DNA of 64,000 nt, taken from assembly GCA_964587425.1 (NCBI GenBank), contig CAZPLB010000002.1:31285-95284 (forward strand), given 5' to 3'. This document shows positions 20,107 through 29,223 of the stretch, piece after piece; positions within the stretch are counted from its first letter, which is position 1, and each line of letters opens with the position of its first letter. The notes below the pieces were generated by a model. That model searched no databases. It saw only the letters and a program-made list of their open reading frames with translations, and had not been told where the DNA came from. Source of the DNA: an uncultured Gammaproteobacteria bacterium. GTDB lineage: Bacteria; Patescibacteriota; Microgenomatia; UBA8517. The position numbers and the translations under genes were made by a program.

Positions 20107-20324
20107 GTACCAAACTTAGACTGACAACTTAGAAGAATATCAACTGGAGTAATATCTAAATCTGAATTCATTTGTCTTAATCTCTCAATAGCCCTTTCCT
20201 TAGAAATTCTATTTATATAATTTTCTGTTTTCTCACCACCAAAAAGTTGTCGATCCATTAATCGACTAAACAAATCCATTGAATTGTTTTCCATTTCTTT
20301 TTTCATATTATTTTTCTTTCTCAT
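20055..20324 (-). CDS. Small hypothetical protein (89 aa), begins 8 nt after the tRNA-His 3' end and overlaps the next ORF by 52 nt
   Basis: Track ORF 20055..20483 truncated to the internal Met because its N-terminal part runs across tRNA-His; could also be a frameshifted N-terminal piece of the 440-aa protein. Confidence 0.25.
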   Translation of the reverse strand: MRKKNNMKKEMENNSMDLFSRLMDRQLFGGEKTENYINRISKERAIERLRQMNSDLDITPVDILLSCQSKFGTWNIQGEELLHIMLLVI

Positions 20325-20331
20325 ATATATG

Positions 20332-20408
20332 GGTGGGTGAGGAGGATCGAACTCCCGATCTCTTGCTTCACAGGCAAGCGCTTTAAACCAAACTAAGCTA
20401 CACCCACC
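20332..20408 (-). tRNA. tRNA-His (anticodon GTG) with genome-encoded G-1
   Basis: Extra 5' G(-1) opposite discriminator C73; acceptor GTGGGTG/CACCCAC, anticodon stem CTTGC/GCAAG with loop CTGTGAA, T-arm GGGAG-TTCGATC-CTCCT. Confidence 0.8.
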
Positions 20409-20481
20409 AAAACAAAATAACCCCCGTTCACTAGCACCCACGTAAAATACGTGAATATTAGAGAACGAGGGTTTGTCCAAC

Positions 20482-20659
20482 AAAAAAGGACCCTCGCGGT
20501 CCCATCTCTATTCCATTTAGTTTTGAGCTAAATGACTTCTTGGTCCCAACTCCGCGAAAAAGCGACATTAGGTGAGTTTCTTTATACGGCAAACTACTTT
20601 CCGTCGAGTATTTGGCTCGCTGCTACCAGATCGTGACTCTGGTGACTGCATTTCTTAAC
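20482..20659 (-). ncRNA. Unclassified ~175-nt non-coding RNA candidate bounded by a consensus promoter and an intrinsic terminator
   Basis: Minus strand: TTGACT-17nt-TATAAT (20666-20694), then ~175 nt with no ORF longer than 17 codons, then hairpin GGGACC-GCGA-GGGTCC plus TTTTTT (20482-20503); sits between tRNA-His and tRNA-Thr. Confidence 0.35.
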
Positions 20660-20665
20660 AGCCTT

Positions 20666-20694
20666 ATTATAAAAGAAATAATAATCTAAGTCAA
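20666..20694 (-). promoter_or_regulatory. Sigma70-like promoter TTGACT-N17-TATAAT driving the ncRNA candidate
   Basis: Exact consensus -35 and -10 hexamers with 17-nt spacer, read from the sequence. Confidence 0.45.
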
Positions 20695-20729
20695 ATTTGA
20701 GAAGTGAAAATGATATAATTAAGCTTGCT

Positions 20730-20801
20730 GCCGGGGTAACTCAGTGGTAGAGTAGCGGTATCGTAAACCGCAAGTCGTGGGTTCAAATCCCACTCCCGGC
20801 T
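20730..20801 (+). tRNA. tRNA-Thr (anticodon CGT)
   Basis: Acceptor GCCGGGG/TCCCGGC, D-arm ACTC..GAGT, anticodon stem GCGGT/ACCGC with loop ATCGTAA, T-arm GTGGG-TTCAAAT-CCCAC. Confidence 0.8.
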
Positions 20802-20810
20802 CATACAAAA

Positions 20811-21518
20811 ATGGTACAAAATTATTCAAGATTAAATAGAGTTCAGGAATATCAAAACAAAAAAACTGCTATGATTTTTGGCGGTCTTACTCTTTTCATA
20901 ATTGTTTTTGGGTTCTTCTTTGGAATTCCTTTAATTTCAAAGTTTGTTGGGTTATTTTCAAAACCAAGCAAAACTCAAACTCAAAATTCAAATTCTCCAA
21001 TTATCGCTCCAACTCTCTCTGTTCCTCCACAATTCACAAACCAACAATCCATTATCCTAAAAGGTACCACAAGTCCAGGAAGCAAAGTAAAAATCTTTGT
21101 AAACAACAAAGAAAGTACTACCCAATCAGATAGTGATGGAGCCTTCACAGTAAGTGTAGGGCTTGATAAGGACGATAATATTATCTTTGCACAGACTGTT
21201 GATAAATCCGGTAATTTAAGTGATGATTCATCACATTACACTGTAGTTTTTGACAATAAGGCACCAGAGTTGACTGTAAACTCTCCCACTGATGGTCAAA
21301 CCTTTTTTGGCAGTAAACAAAAAACAATAACTATTACAGGAACTACTGATGCTGATGGCTCCCTTTCAATAAATGACAGAGTTGCAATAATTGATAACAC
21401 TGGAAAGTTTAATTTCAGTTATGAATTAGGCGATGGAGACAATGAACTAAAGATTGTTGCCAAGGATAAAGCAGATAACAAAAAAGAAATTGATCTAAAA
21501 GTAACATATAATCCCTAA
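20811..21518 (+). CDS. Membrane-anchored surface protein with Ig-like beta-rich repeats
   Basis: N-terminal TM helix, then two similar ~70-aa T/S/D-rich segments (..TSPGSKVKIFVNNKES.. / ..GTTDADGSLSINDRVA..) typical of bacterial Ig-like domains. Confidence 0.45.
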   Translation: MVQNYSRLNRVQEYQNKKTAMIFGGLTLFIIVFGFFFGIPLISKFVGLFSKPSKTQTQNSNSPIIAPTLSVPPQFTNQQSIILKGTTSPGSKVKIFVNNKESTTQSDSDGAFTVSVGLDKDDNIIFAQTVDKSGNLSDDSSHYTVVFDNKAPELTVNSPTDGQTFFGSKQKTITITGTTDADGSLSINDRVAIIDNTGKFNFSYELGDGDNELKIVAKDKADNKKEIDLKVTYNP

Positions 21519-21590
21519 ACCTAAAAGTTGACTGTCTACAAAAAAGGATATATCAAAAGCTTTTTAACTTCAGGGGATTTGTTGAGTAAT

Positions 21591-22010
21591 TCATTTAATT
21601 ATTTTAGTTTTAAAAAACTCAAACGCTTTCTTGTTGTTATCTCTCCCAAGTAATTTTACTACCTCATCGAAACTACACCATTTATATTCTGAATGCTCTG
21701 AAGGATTTAATTTAATTTGAGAATTAGAATCTATTTCAATTCCGAACACAAATTCAATTACTGTTTCATCTCTTTTGTTTTTCCAATCAAATCGCCATAT
21801 TTCATCAGTAAAGTTTATTGAGTTATCTATACCAGTTTCTTCTTTAAGTTCACGTTTGAGACAATCAATTAATTTTTCACCATCATTCACTGTTCCAGTC
21901 AAAGGTTGCCAAAAATCACCATCTTCTGGTGTGCGTTTAAGAATTAGAAACTTGTATTCATCTTCGACTTTGGAAAACAAAATACCTTCTAGTTTAATAG
22001 GAAGTTCCAT
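21591..22010 (-). CDS. NUDIX hydrolase
   Basis: Nudix box GTVNDGEKLIDCLKRELKEETGI (G-x5-E-x7-REUxEExGU). Confidence 0.7.
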   Translation of the reverse strand: MELPIKLEGILFSKVEDEYKFLILKRTPEDGDFWQPLTGTVNDGEKLIDCLKRELKEETGIDNSINFTDEIWRFDWKNKRDETVIEFVFGIEIDSNSQIKLNPSEHSEYKWCSFDEVVKLLGRDNNKKAFEFFKTKIIK

Positions 22011-22013
22011 AAA

Positions 22014-22565
22014 TTAAAATATTTCTTCCAAGCCTTTCAAAACTTGTGGCAATGTTTTCCATCCAGAAGATCCATTTAGATGTCCACCATCCTCTACAGC
22101 TACAAGTTCGCAAGCCAACTCTTTTGACAGTATCTGGGCATGTTCAAAAGGAACTCTATCATCATTATCTCCATGAATCACTAAAAAGTGATCAGCACTT
22201 TTCTTAATCTTTTCAAAATCAAAAGGTTTATCAAGAAAATTATTTATATTTCCGTTTCCAACTGATTTAATTGGTCCTGAAACTAAAACTACTCCCTTTA
22301 TATTCTTGGCTTCAGTTGTTTGCAAAAATCTAAGTATTGCAGTACTCCCCAAACTATGTCCAACCAAATAAATTTCATTATTTTTGTTTTGTTCTACAAC
22401 TCTTGCAATTTCTTCAATCCATTCCTCGCAAACAGGATCTTCGGTTTTTGGCATAGGTAAAGCGCATGCATAAATTTCTTTTTTCTCTAGCTCTCCCATC
22501 AACCAAGTTCGCCAACCACCGTTTGGCCATCCTTTATATCCATGCACAATAAATACTTCTTTCAT
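22014..22565 (-). CDS. Alpha/beta serine hydrolase of the RBBP9/YdeN family
   Basis: IVHGYKGWPNGGW...LVGHSLGS nucleophile elbow GxSxG and ~180 aa size typical of this family. Confidence 0.6.
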   Translation of the reverse strand: MKEVFIVHGYKGWPNGGWRTWLMGELEKKEIYACALPMPKTEDPVCEEWIEEIARVVEQNKNNEIYLVGHSLGSTAILRFLQTTEAKNIKGVVLVSGPIKSVGNGNINNFLDKPFDFEKIKKSADHFLVIHGDNDDRVPFEHAQILSKELACELVAVEDGGHLNGSSGWKTLPQVLKGLEEIF

Positions 22566-23140
22566 TTTACAAATGGATTTTCCATATCAAATAATATATC
22601 TGGAGTGTGGTTGTTTATCTTATCTTCTGAAATTCCATATTTTTCAGAATATAAAGTATCAACAGAACAAAATCTTGCTTTCAAATAATCAAGTCCGAGT
22701 TTATTTGCAACTTCTTTTACTTCTTCTTCGGATTTTCCTTCTATTTCCACATATGACTCAAGAAACGGCCATTCATCAATTGTTATTTCAACACCATTTA
22801 ATTCCCATAGTTCTCTTTTACTTTCTTGGTATGCTTTCTTTTTTGCCCCAGTTGCCTCTAAAAGTTCAACACCTTCATTGAAACTATTAATTTTTAATTG
22901 AATTTCTTTCTGATTTTCAATTTTATCCCCATCAACTATCTTTAAGCTCATTGTAATTTTATCTCCTTCATCACGAACGCGAAGCCAACCGCCTTTTATC
23001 TCATGACCTGAAGGAAGGTTAAACACTGCTCTTTTTTGCATAAATTCACTGCGAACCAATTTCGCACCAGCTTTTTTAAGTTTAGTTCTTGCACTGGTTT
23101 TGCTGATATTTGGAAATGTAGCTTCAAATTCTGTATACAT
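22562..23140 (-). CDS. CYTH (triphosphate tunnel metalloenzyme) domain protein
   Basis: N-terminal E-x-E-x-K-like signature (TEFEATF..), alternating charged beta-strand pattern, ~190 aa. Confidence 0.55.
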   Translation of the reverse strand: MYTEFEATFPNISKTSARTKLKKAGAKLVRSEFMQKRAVFNLPSGHEIKGGWLRVRDEGDKITMSLKIVDGDKIENQKEIQLKINSFNEGVELLEATGAKKKAYQESKRELWELNGVEITIDEWPFLESYVEIEGKSEEEVKEVANKLGLDYLKARFCSVDTLYSEKYGISEDKINNHTPDILFDMENPFVK

Positions 23141-23186
23141 ACAGGTATATTAACACAGCTTATAGGTTTAGAGATATAATTCGAAC

Positions 23187-23609
23187 ATGACAGATAAACA
23201 AATAATTCAGAAAATTGTTGTTGGAGGAGTGATAGTAAAAGATAATAAGATCTTAATTATCCAAAGATCTGCTGATGAAGACGCTTTTCCAAACCTCTGG
23301 GAACTTCCAAGTGGCAAAAGAGAGCTATTGGAAACTTCAGATGCTGCTGTTATTCGTGAAGTTAAAGAAGAAACAAACATAGATGTAAAAGTTGTAGCAC
23401 CAATCTCTGTTTTTGAATACAAAGTTGAGAAAGAAGACGAAATAAGAGATACTACTCAAATTAATTTTTTGGTTGAATACATTAGTGGTAAAGTTAAATT
23501 GAGTAATGAACATCGAACTTTTGCATGGATCACAAAAGAGGATCTGGATAAATACGAAGTCAGTCAAAAAACTAAGAAAGTTATCGAGAAAGCTTTTGAA
23601 ATAATTTAA
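23187..23609 (+). CDS. NUDIX hydrolase
   Basis: Nudix box SGKRELLETSDAAVIREVKEETNI. Confidence 0.75.
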   Translation: MTDKQIIQKIVVGGVIVKDNKILIIQRSADEDAFPNLWELPSGKRELLETSDAAVIREVKEETNIDVKVVAPISVFEYKVEKEDEIRDTTQINFLVEYISGKVKLSNEHRTFAWITKEDLDKYEVSQKTKKVIEKAFEII

Positions 23610-24589
23610 TCCTTCAAAATTTCTAATCTTACTTTGTTATCTTTTACACTAAGTTTTGCACTTCCTCCAATCGGGAAAGTAACTTTGGGATCAGTATGTC
23701 CAAAATCAACATTTGACGTAACGGGAATATTATCTAGCTCTCTTTTTGTTTTGATAATTTCATTAAGTAAGGTGTTGGATATCTCACTTGCCTTTTGGAA
23801 TCTACCAATCACAATCCCCTTTATGCCGTTGAAACCAGGTTGTTGGATTAGAGATTGCAAAACACGATCAAAATGATGAGGTTTAGATTCGTCGTCATCT
23901 TCAATAAAGAGAACCGAATTAGTTAAATTTGGCATGTATTGTGTTCCAAACAGCAGTTTAAATGTATCAAAGTTTCCCCCTAGAATTGTTCCTTGAGCCT
24001 CTCCTTCGTTTATTGCCAAAAAACCATTATTCTTTGTTTGTTTTCTATTGTCTTGATCTTCATACCAAGCATCGTCACTCCAGAATTTACTTGGTTTTAC
24101 TTCAAATTGTTTGTCTTCCATCAAACATTTCTTGAAATAGTCCAAAGTGTAATCAAAATACAATTTTTGTCCAAAACTTGAATAGTGTGGTCCTGAATAA
24201 GTAACAAGACCAGTCATTGCAAAAATAGCATTATTAAGAATTGTAATATCTGAATAACCACACAAAAGTTTAGGATTTTTTTTAATTAAATCCCAATCAA
24301 TATAATCAAGTAACTGATTAGAATTAAAACCCCCAATAACAGTTAAAATTGCTTTTATGCTCTTATCTGCAAACGCATCGTGTAGGTCATCAACTCTTGA
24401 CTTAACACTAGACGATGTAAAATCGTCAATCTCTTCAATATGTTTTCCAAAAGACAACTTAAACCCCATTTCCTGAAAACGCTTATTTGCGATTTCCCTA
24501 GTCTCTTTAGAAATGATAGACATAGACATAGAAGGAGCAATAATCCTGATTTCGTCTCCTTTAACTAACTTTTTTGGTATAACATTCAT
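23606..24589 (-). CDS. LD-carboxypeptidase (peptidase S66 family)
   Basis: S66 layout: ..IRIIAPSMS.. N-terminal region, GYSDIT(I/A)L nucleophile motif (LCGYSDITILNN), C-terminal His/Glu region; start moved to the ATG at 24589 (track start TTG). Confidence 0.7.
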   Translation of the reverse strand: MNVIPKKLVKGDEIRIIAPSMSMSIISKETREIANKRFQEMGFKLSFGKHIEEIDDFTSSSVKSRVDDLHDAFADKSIKAILTVIGGFNSNQLLDYIDWDLIKKNPKLLCGYSDITILNNAIFAMTGLVTYSGPHYSSFGQKLYFDYTLDYFKKCLMEDKQFEVKPSKFWSDDAWYEDQDNRKQTKNNGFLAINEGEAQGTILGGNFDTFKLLFGTQYMPNLTNSVLFIEDDDESKPHHFDRVLQSLIQQPGFNGIKGIVIGRFQKASEISNTLLNEIIKTKRELDNIPVTSNVDFGHTDPKVTFPIGGSAKLSVKDNKVRLEILKD

Positions 24590-24690
24590 ATCAGAAGTTG
24601 TCTGGTGGTTCCACAATAGCTCTCTTTACTAACTGAATTATTTGTCTAAACCAAATTTTTATCTCCATACAGCTATTATACTCTAGGCAA

Positions 24691-25590
24691 TTATAAATTT
24701 GGGTACTCAAAAGGTTTTTTGTCAGTTGACATATCTTTATGTTCAGAAATATAATCGTCAAAATATTTTGGTAGATGAAACAGAGACAAATGTTCACTAC
24801 CTGAATAAAAGGAGAGTTTAACCTTGTTTTTCTTTATATATCCATCAATTTGAACTGGAGTAGCCTTCAAAGGATTGCATGAATCACTTGCAAACAAAAA
24901 CCCCCAATCGTCACCAAAAATAGAAATTATTGCATGCATAGGAAAAACATTTTTAAATACTTGTTTCATTGAATGATATAGAGCTGATATACAAGTAAGA
25001 TTGTTTGGGTTTACGCTTTGAGATTGAACGGTAAGAATACCGTTTTTGTTTAAATGATTTTTAACAATTCTATAAAAATCTTTTGTAAAAAGTGGATGAG
25101 AAGCCCCGCCATGTATCGGTGCAGTTATATCAACAATTATTAAATCAAACTTTTCTTTAGAACTTGCGAGATATCCTCTTGCGTCTGCAAAAATTAATTT
25201 TACCTTCCGATTATTGTATGATCCTTCATGCCAACCAGGTAAATATTTATCAAATATTTCTATAGCTTCCTCGTCGATATCACATTGAACTATTTTTTCC
25301 ACACTGGGATGTTTTAAAATCTCTTTAAGCATCACACCTTCTCCTCCCCCCGCAATAAACACTTTCTTAACTTTTTTGTGAAGTATCATCGCTGGGTGTA
25401 CCAAAACTTCATGATATGCTGGATTATCTATGTCAGAAGATTCTGGACAATTATCCATGAAAACTGCTCTGCCAAAAGTTTTTGTTTGCAATATTTCTAA
25501 AAGTTGAATTTTAGTCTGTTTTTTTACTAAAACTTTATCATATTCAATACTTATCTTTTCAGAATCTTTTCTAAAATAAGTTTTCCACAT
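24691..25590 (-). CDS. speE: Spermidine synthase-like polyamine aminopropyltransferase
   Basis: KKVFIAGGGEGVMLKEILKH..IVQCDIDEEAI..ADARGYL matches the SpeE GGGDGG and D-x-D motifs. Confidence 0.7.
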   Translation of the reverse strand: MWKTYFRKDSEKISIEYDKVLVKKQTKIQLLEILQTKTFGRAVFMDNCPESSDIDNPAYHEVLVHPAMILHKKVKKVFIAGGGEGVMLKEILKHPSVEKIVQCDIDEEAIEIFDKYLPGWHEGSYNNRKVKLIFADARGYLASSKEKFDLIIVDITAPIHGGASHPLFTKDFYRIVKNHLNKNGILTVQSQSVNPNNLTCISALYHSMKQVFKNVFPMHAIISIFGDDWGFLFASDSCNPLKATPVQIDGYIKKNKVKLSFYSGSEHLSLFHLPKYFDDYISEHKDMSTDKKPFEYPNL

Positions 25591-25596
25591 ACTAAA

Positions 25597-26409
25597 TTAA
25601 AACAATGTTACTTCTGGAAAAGTTCTTTTTCTGAGAACAAAAACACCAAAAGCTAAATAGTTATGATTTTCGTTAAACAATCCCATTGTCTCTATTAATC
25701 TCGTAATTGCAGCATCGGTAACACCCTTACTCCACCCTTTTTGTATTGCAAGATATGAGCAGTAATCCTTTATTTTTTTATCTGACACTGCTTCAGCCAC
25801 ACTGTAAGTGGTATGATATATTTCCAAATCTGCTTTTCTGTAAATATTTAGCCAATATTCTTTATTCCACGGCTGGATTTGAATCCCTAATAATTTATTA
25901 AGTTTATTTAACATCTTCTTTGGAGGATCTGTATGATAATAAAAGTTTATATCTCCAATGAAACCCCAAGGTCTACATACTCTTTTATATTCATTCAAAG
26001 CTTTCTGTATATCGGGAATGAAAGCAGTTGATCCACCACTCATTACAAGATCAAAAGAATTATCTTCAAACGGAAGTTTCTCGCCATCTCCCTGCAAGAA
26101 GGAGATCTTATTTTTGAGGTTAGGATAGTATTGATCTCTTAATGAAGTTGCAGATTTGATCATGTTCTTGTTTATATCCAATCCAACAACTTTACATTTT
26201 GCCAAACTTGCAATTTCAAAACTGCAATAACCAGTATTACATCCCACATCCAAAACCTCGCTTTCAGAGCCAAGAAAAGTGTTTATTACCAGCTCACGTA
26301 TAGACTCTTTCCCCCCAGGCGGTCTATTTATTTCATCCAAGGTCGCCATTAAATCAACATAGCTCATTTTTTCGATATCACTTACAGTAAGTTTTTTTGC
26401 TTTATTCAT
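25597..26409 (-). CDS. Class I SAM-dependent methyltransferase
   Basis: Motif I VLDVGCNTGYCSFEIA, acidic loop VGLDINKNMI. Confidence 0.7.
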   Translation of the reverse strand: MNKAKKLTVSDIEKMSYVDLMATLDEINRPPGGKESIRELVINTFLGSESEVLDVGCNTGYCSFEIASLAKCKVVGLDINKNMIKSATSLRDQYYPNLKNKISFLQGDGEKLPFEDNSFDLVMSGGSTAFIPDIQKALNEYKRVCRPWGFIGDINFYYHTDPPKKMLNKLNKLLGIQIQPWNKEYWLNIYRKADLEIYHTTYSVAEAVSDKKIKDYCSYLAIQKGWSKGVTDAAITRLIETMGLFNENHNYLAFGVFVLRKRTFPEVTLF

Positions 26410-26411
26410 AT

Positions 26412-26795
26412 CTATTCAAAATACCTCCTAACTTTCTTAATTTTAGTTTTACCAGGTTTAAAAATATCTTTAATATCATCGAAAAGCAAAACTGTATTTT
26501 CTTCGTTGTCTTTCGAATAATTACAAACGAATACGTCTAAACTTACATAACCTTCTTTTGGCCATGTATGTATAGCAACATGTGATTCAGCAAGAGACAC
26601 AACACCTGTTAAACCCATATCAAACTGATGATAATACGAACCAAGTTCGTTAAAACCATGCTTTAGTATTAATTTTGATATTTCATTCCTTATGTGATTT
26701 GTGGTAAATCCTAATAATAAATTCGGGTCGCAACTTTGTAAGTCACCAATTACATGTAACCCTACAATATTTTTATTTCCTAGGTTGTCTGTCAT
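26412..26795 (-). CDS. speH: S-adenosylmethionine decarboxylase proenzyme (pyruvoyl-dependent, SpeH type)
   Basis: LAESHVAIHTWPKEGYVSLDVFVC matches the AdoMetDC (SpeH) self-processing and active-site signature. Confidence 0.8.
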   Translation of the reverse strand: MTDNLGNKNIVGLHVIGDLQSCDPNLLLGFTTNHIRNEISKLILKHGFNELGSYYHQFDMGLTGVVSLAESHVAIHTWPKEGYVSLDVFVCNYSKDNEENTVLLFDDIKDIFKPGKTKIKKVRRYFE

Positions 26796-27829
26796 ATCGT
26801 ATTAACGTGATCCTTCAAAACTGGATAAAGTATACAGTCAACGATAGATGGTAAACCTAACATCCAGGCAATAAGTCTTTCTATTCCCATTCCAAAACCA
26901 GCCGTCGATTTATACCCACTGTTCAAACGAAGATCCAAATACCAATCGTAATTACCGTTATTCCGAACATTTTGCCTCTTCATAGATGTTATTAATTCGT
27001 TTTTGTTATCTTGCCTTTGTCCACACCCTAAAATCTCACCACCAAAACCTCCGTTGATGGAAGGGAAGATTAAATCTGCATTCAAAACTTTATTTATGTT
27101 ATCAGGATCTGGTTTCTGATAAAAAGCAACAGTATCTCGATCGTATTTAATAACCCAGAAAGGAGTATTGTCCTTAGATAAAATCTCGGCTAATTTTATT
27201 TCACCTTCTCTTGTAAGAACCCGTCCAAAATCATGCTGTTCAATCAGTTTACCGAAACCTTTTTTCGTGAGAATATCTTCTGCTTCATCGAAAGTTACTA
27301 TCTTAAATTTTCTATTTAACCCCTTTTTTATTTCACCAAAATTATTCTTTTTAAAACTAAAAACATTCTTATCATAAGATTCCAACACTTTTCCGCAAAT
27401 ACTCTTCACTAATCCTTCAGCAATATTCATAGCATCTTCTAATTTTCCCCTTAACTCAGCTTCACAATGAAAGAATTGATTAAGGTGTCTGTCATCGGGA
27501 TCTTCACCTCTAAAAGAAGGTAAATAGCAGTAGACCATATCAAAAGACTTTTGTACAAGAGGTTCCATACCAAACTGTGCACTATCAACCAAATAAGCAT
27601 GCTTCGAACCAAATTCAAAAGGTATGGGAACTGAATCGGAACCTTTCCCGGTTGGAGATGAGACTCCCTGTGTAATCAAAAACAAATCTACCTTAGGTGA
27701 ATTTAGTTTTTGAAAATAAGCATCACATGACAAACTAACCAAATTCCTAAGTAATATGAGATTACGGTAAAAACTATCTTTAGTTAAATCTTTAATATGA
27801 TTGTCAGGATTGTAATATTTAGTTTTCAT
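26792..27829 (-). CDS. AsnA-like aspartate-ammonia ligase / class II aaRS catalytic-core paralog (no anticodon-binding domain)
   Basis: Class II aaRS motif 3-like GFGMGIERLIAWMLGL and motif 2-like FHCEAELRG region in a ~345-aa protein lacking N-terminal OB fold, as in archaeal-type asparagine synthetase A. Confidence 0.55.
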   Translation of the reverse strand: MKTKYYNPDNHIKDLTKDSFYRNLILLRNLVSLSCDAYFQKLNSPKVDLFLITQGVSSPTGKGSDSVPIPFEFGSKHAYLVDSAQFGMEPLVQKSFDMVYCYLPSFRGEDPDDRHLNQFFHCEAELRGKLEDAMNIAEGLVKSICGKVLESYDKNVFSFKKNNFGEIKKGLNRKFKIVTFDEAEDILTKKGFGKLIEQHDFGRVLTREGEIKLAEILSKDNTPFWVIKYDRDTVAFYQKPDPDNINKVLNADLIFPSINGGFGGEILGCGQRQDNKNELITSMKRQNVRNNGNYDWYLDLRLNSGYKSTAGFGMGIERLIAWMLGLPSIVDCILYPVLKDHVNTI

Positions 27830-27886
27830 AAAAATCCTATAAGTGTAGAAATTGTATCACAATTTTAGAAAAATGGCGTAAAATAG

Positions 27887-29179
27887 CTATTTTGTTGAAG
27901 TAGCCATCCTGTTTAAAAACTCATCTCTGTTTACCGTGGTAGGTTGTGTCTCTTCTCTACCTTTTATTTCAACAACACCTTTTTCTATTGTTTTACGACT
28001 CACGACTATCCTCGCCGGAATGCCCATTAAGTCCGCATCTGCAAACTTTTCTCCTGCTCTAACATCTTCTCTATCATCAACCAAAACAGAAACACCCCTG
28101 ACTGCTAACCCAGATCTTATATAGCTGACTTCCTGAACAACATCTTCTCTATCTCCATCTAATACAACCAGATGACACTGAAAAGGAGCCACCGAGTCAG
28201 GCCAAACAATACCCCTCTCATCATTGTGTAATTCGACAATAGAACCCATTAATCGAGTTGTACCTATTCCATAACAACCCATCAGAACTGGTTGTGAAAA
28301 ACCATCTTTGTTGGTGAACCTCAAACCAAAATCATCACTAAATTTAGTACCCAACTCGAAAATATGGCCAACCTCAATAGACTTACTTGTTGTCAGTTGA
28401 CCGTTACATTTCGGACATATCTCCCCATTATGATAATGTGATATTTCTACATTTTGAGCAAAAGTACAATCGACACAATGTACGATTGTATCCTCTCCAG
28501 CTTCAGATAAAGCCATAAACTCATGGGTCGACAACTTTGTGAACGCACCTCCTGATGCTTCTGTCACTTTGGCATTTATTCCACAAGCTGCAAATATACC
28601 AAGATATGTTTCTCTTGTTGCTTCATAAAATTGTCTAAAATCCTCATAGCTACCATGAAAACTGTACATATCATTCATACCAAACTCTCTCCCTCTAATT
28701 ATTCCCGACTTAGCTCTTTTCTCATCTCTATATTTCTTTTGCATTTGATATACCGCTAACGGTAAGTGCTTATATGACTTAATTCTCTCCTTAACAAGTG
28801 GTGTCACAATCTCTTCGTTAGTTGCACCAAGGGCATATTCTTTATCTCCCCATCTACTTTTTAACTTAAAAAGAACTTCAACCGTATTCCACCTTCCTGT
28901 CTGATCCCACACCGACTTTGGTTGTAAGGCTGGCATTATAATTTCCTCTGCCCCTAATCTATTCATTCCATTCCTGATTATTCCTTCAATGCTATCCATA
29001 ACCCTAACACCCAGTGGCAAAATTGAATAAATTCCCGCTGCTTCTTGATGAATATAACCTGCTCTTATGAGCAACTCTTGATTTCTTGAGGGGCTATCTT
29101 TGGGAATTTCCTTCCTTGTTTGAGATAATGAAGAAGAAAGTAAAAGTTGATCAGAACCATAACGCTCTCGTCTTTCCAC
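27887..29179 (-). CDS. proS: Prolyl-tRNA synthetase (short bacterial form without editing insertion)
   Basis: LLIRAGYIHQEAAGIYSILPLG N-terminus, class II motifs (RGREF; GCYGIGTTR), C-terminal anticodon-binding domain; GTG start in track. Confidence 0.8.
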   Translation of the reverse strand: MERRERYGSDQLLLSSSLSQTRKEIPKDSPSRNQELLIRAGYIHQEAAGIYSILPLGVRVMDSIEGIIRNGMNRLGAEEIIMPALQPKSVWDQTGRWNTVEVLFKLKSRWGDKEYALGATNEEIVTPLVKERIKSYKHLPLAVYQMQKKYRDEKRAKSGIIRGREFGMNDMYSFHGSYEDFRQFYEATRETYLGIFAACGINAKVTEASGGAFTKLSTHEFMALSEAGEDTIVHCVDCTFAQNVEISHYHNGEICPKCNGQLTTSKSIEVGHIFELGTKFSDDFGLRFTNKDGFSQPVLMGCYGIGTTRLMGSIVELHNDERGIVWPDSVAPFQCHLVVLDGDREDVVQEVSYIRSGLAVRGVSVLVDDREDVRAGEKFADADLMGIPARIVVSRKTIEKGVVEIKGREETQPTTVNRDEFLNRMATSTK

Positions 29180-29223
29180 AATAAAACAAGTATATCAGGA
29201 GAGTCAAATAACTATAAGAAACT

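Noticed and set aside
20325-20483. N-terminal 53 codons of track ORF 20055..20483
   Set aside because: This part runs straight across the tRNA-His gene (20332-20408). The ORF was truncated to the internal Met at 20324.
20482-20659. Assignment of the ncRNA candidate to SRP (4.5S) RNA
   Set aside because: There is only a loose resemblance, with AGCAGC next to a short hairpin. There is no GNRA-capped helix 8 with the conserved asymmetric loops. It is left as unclassified.
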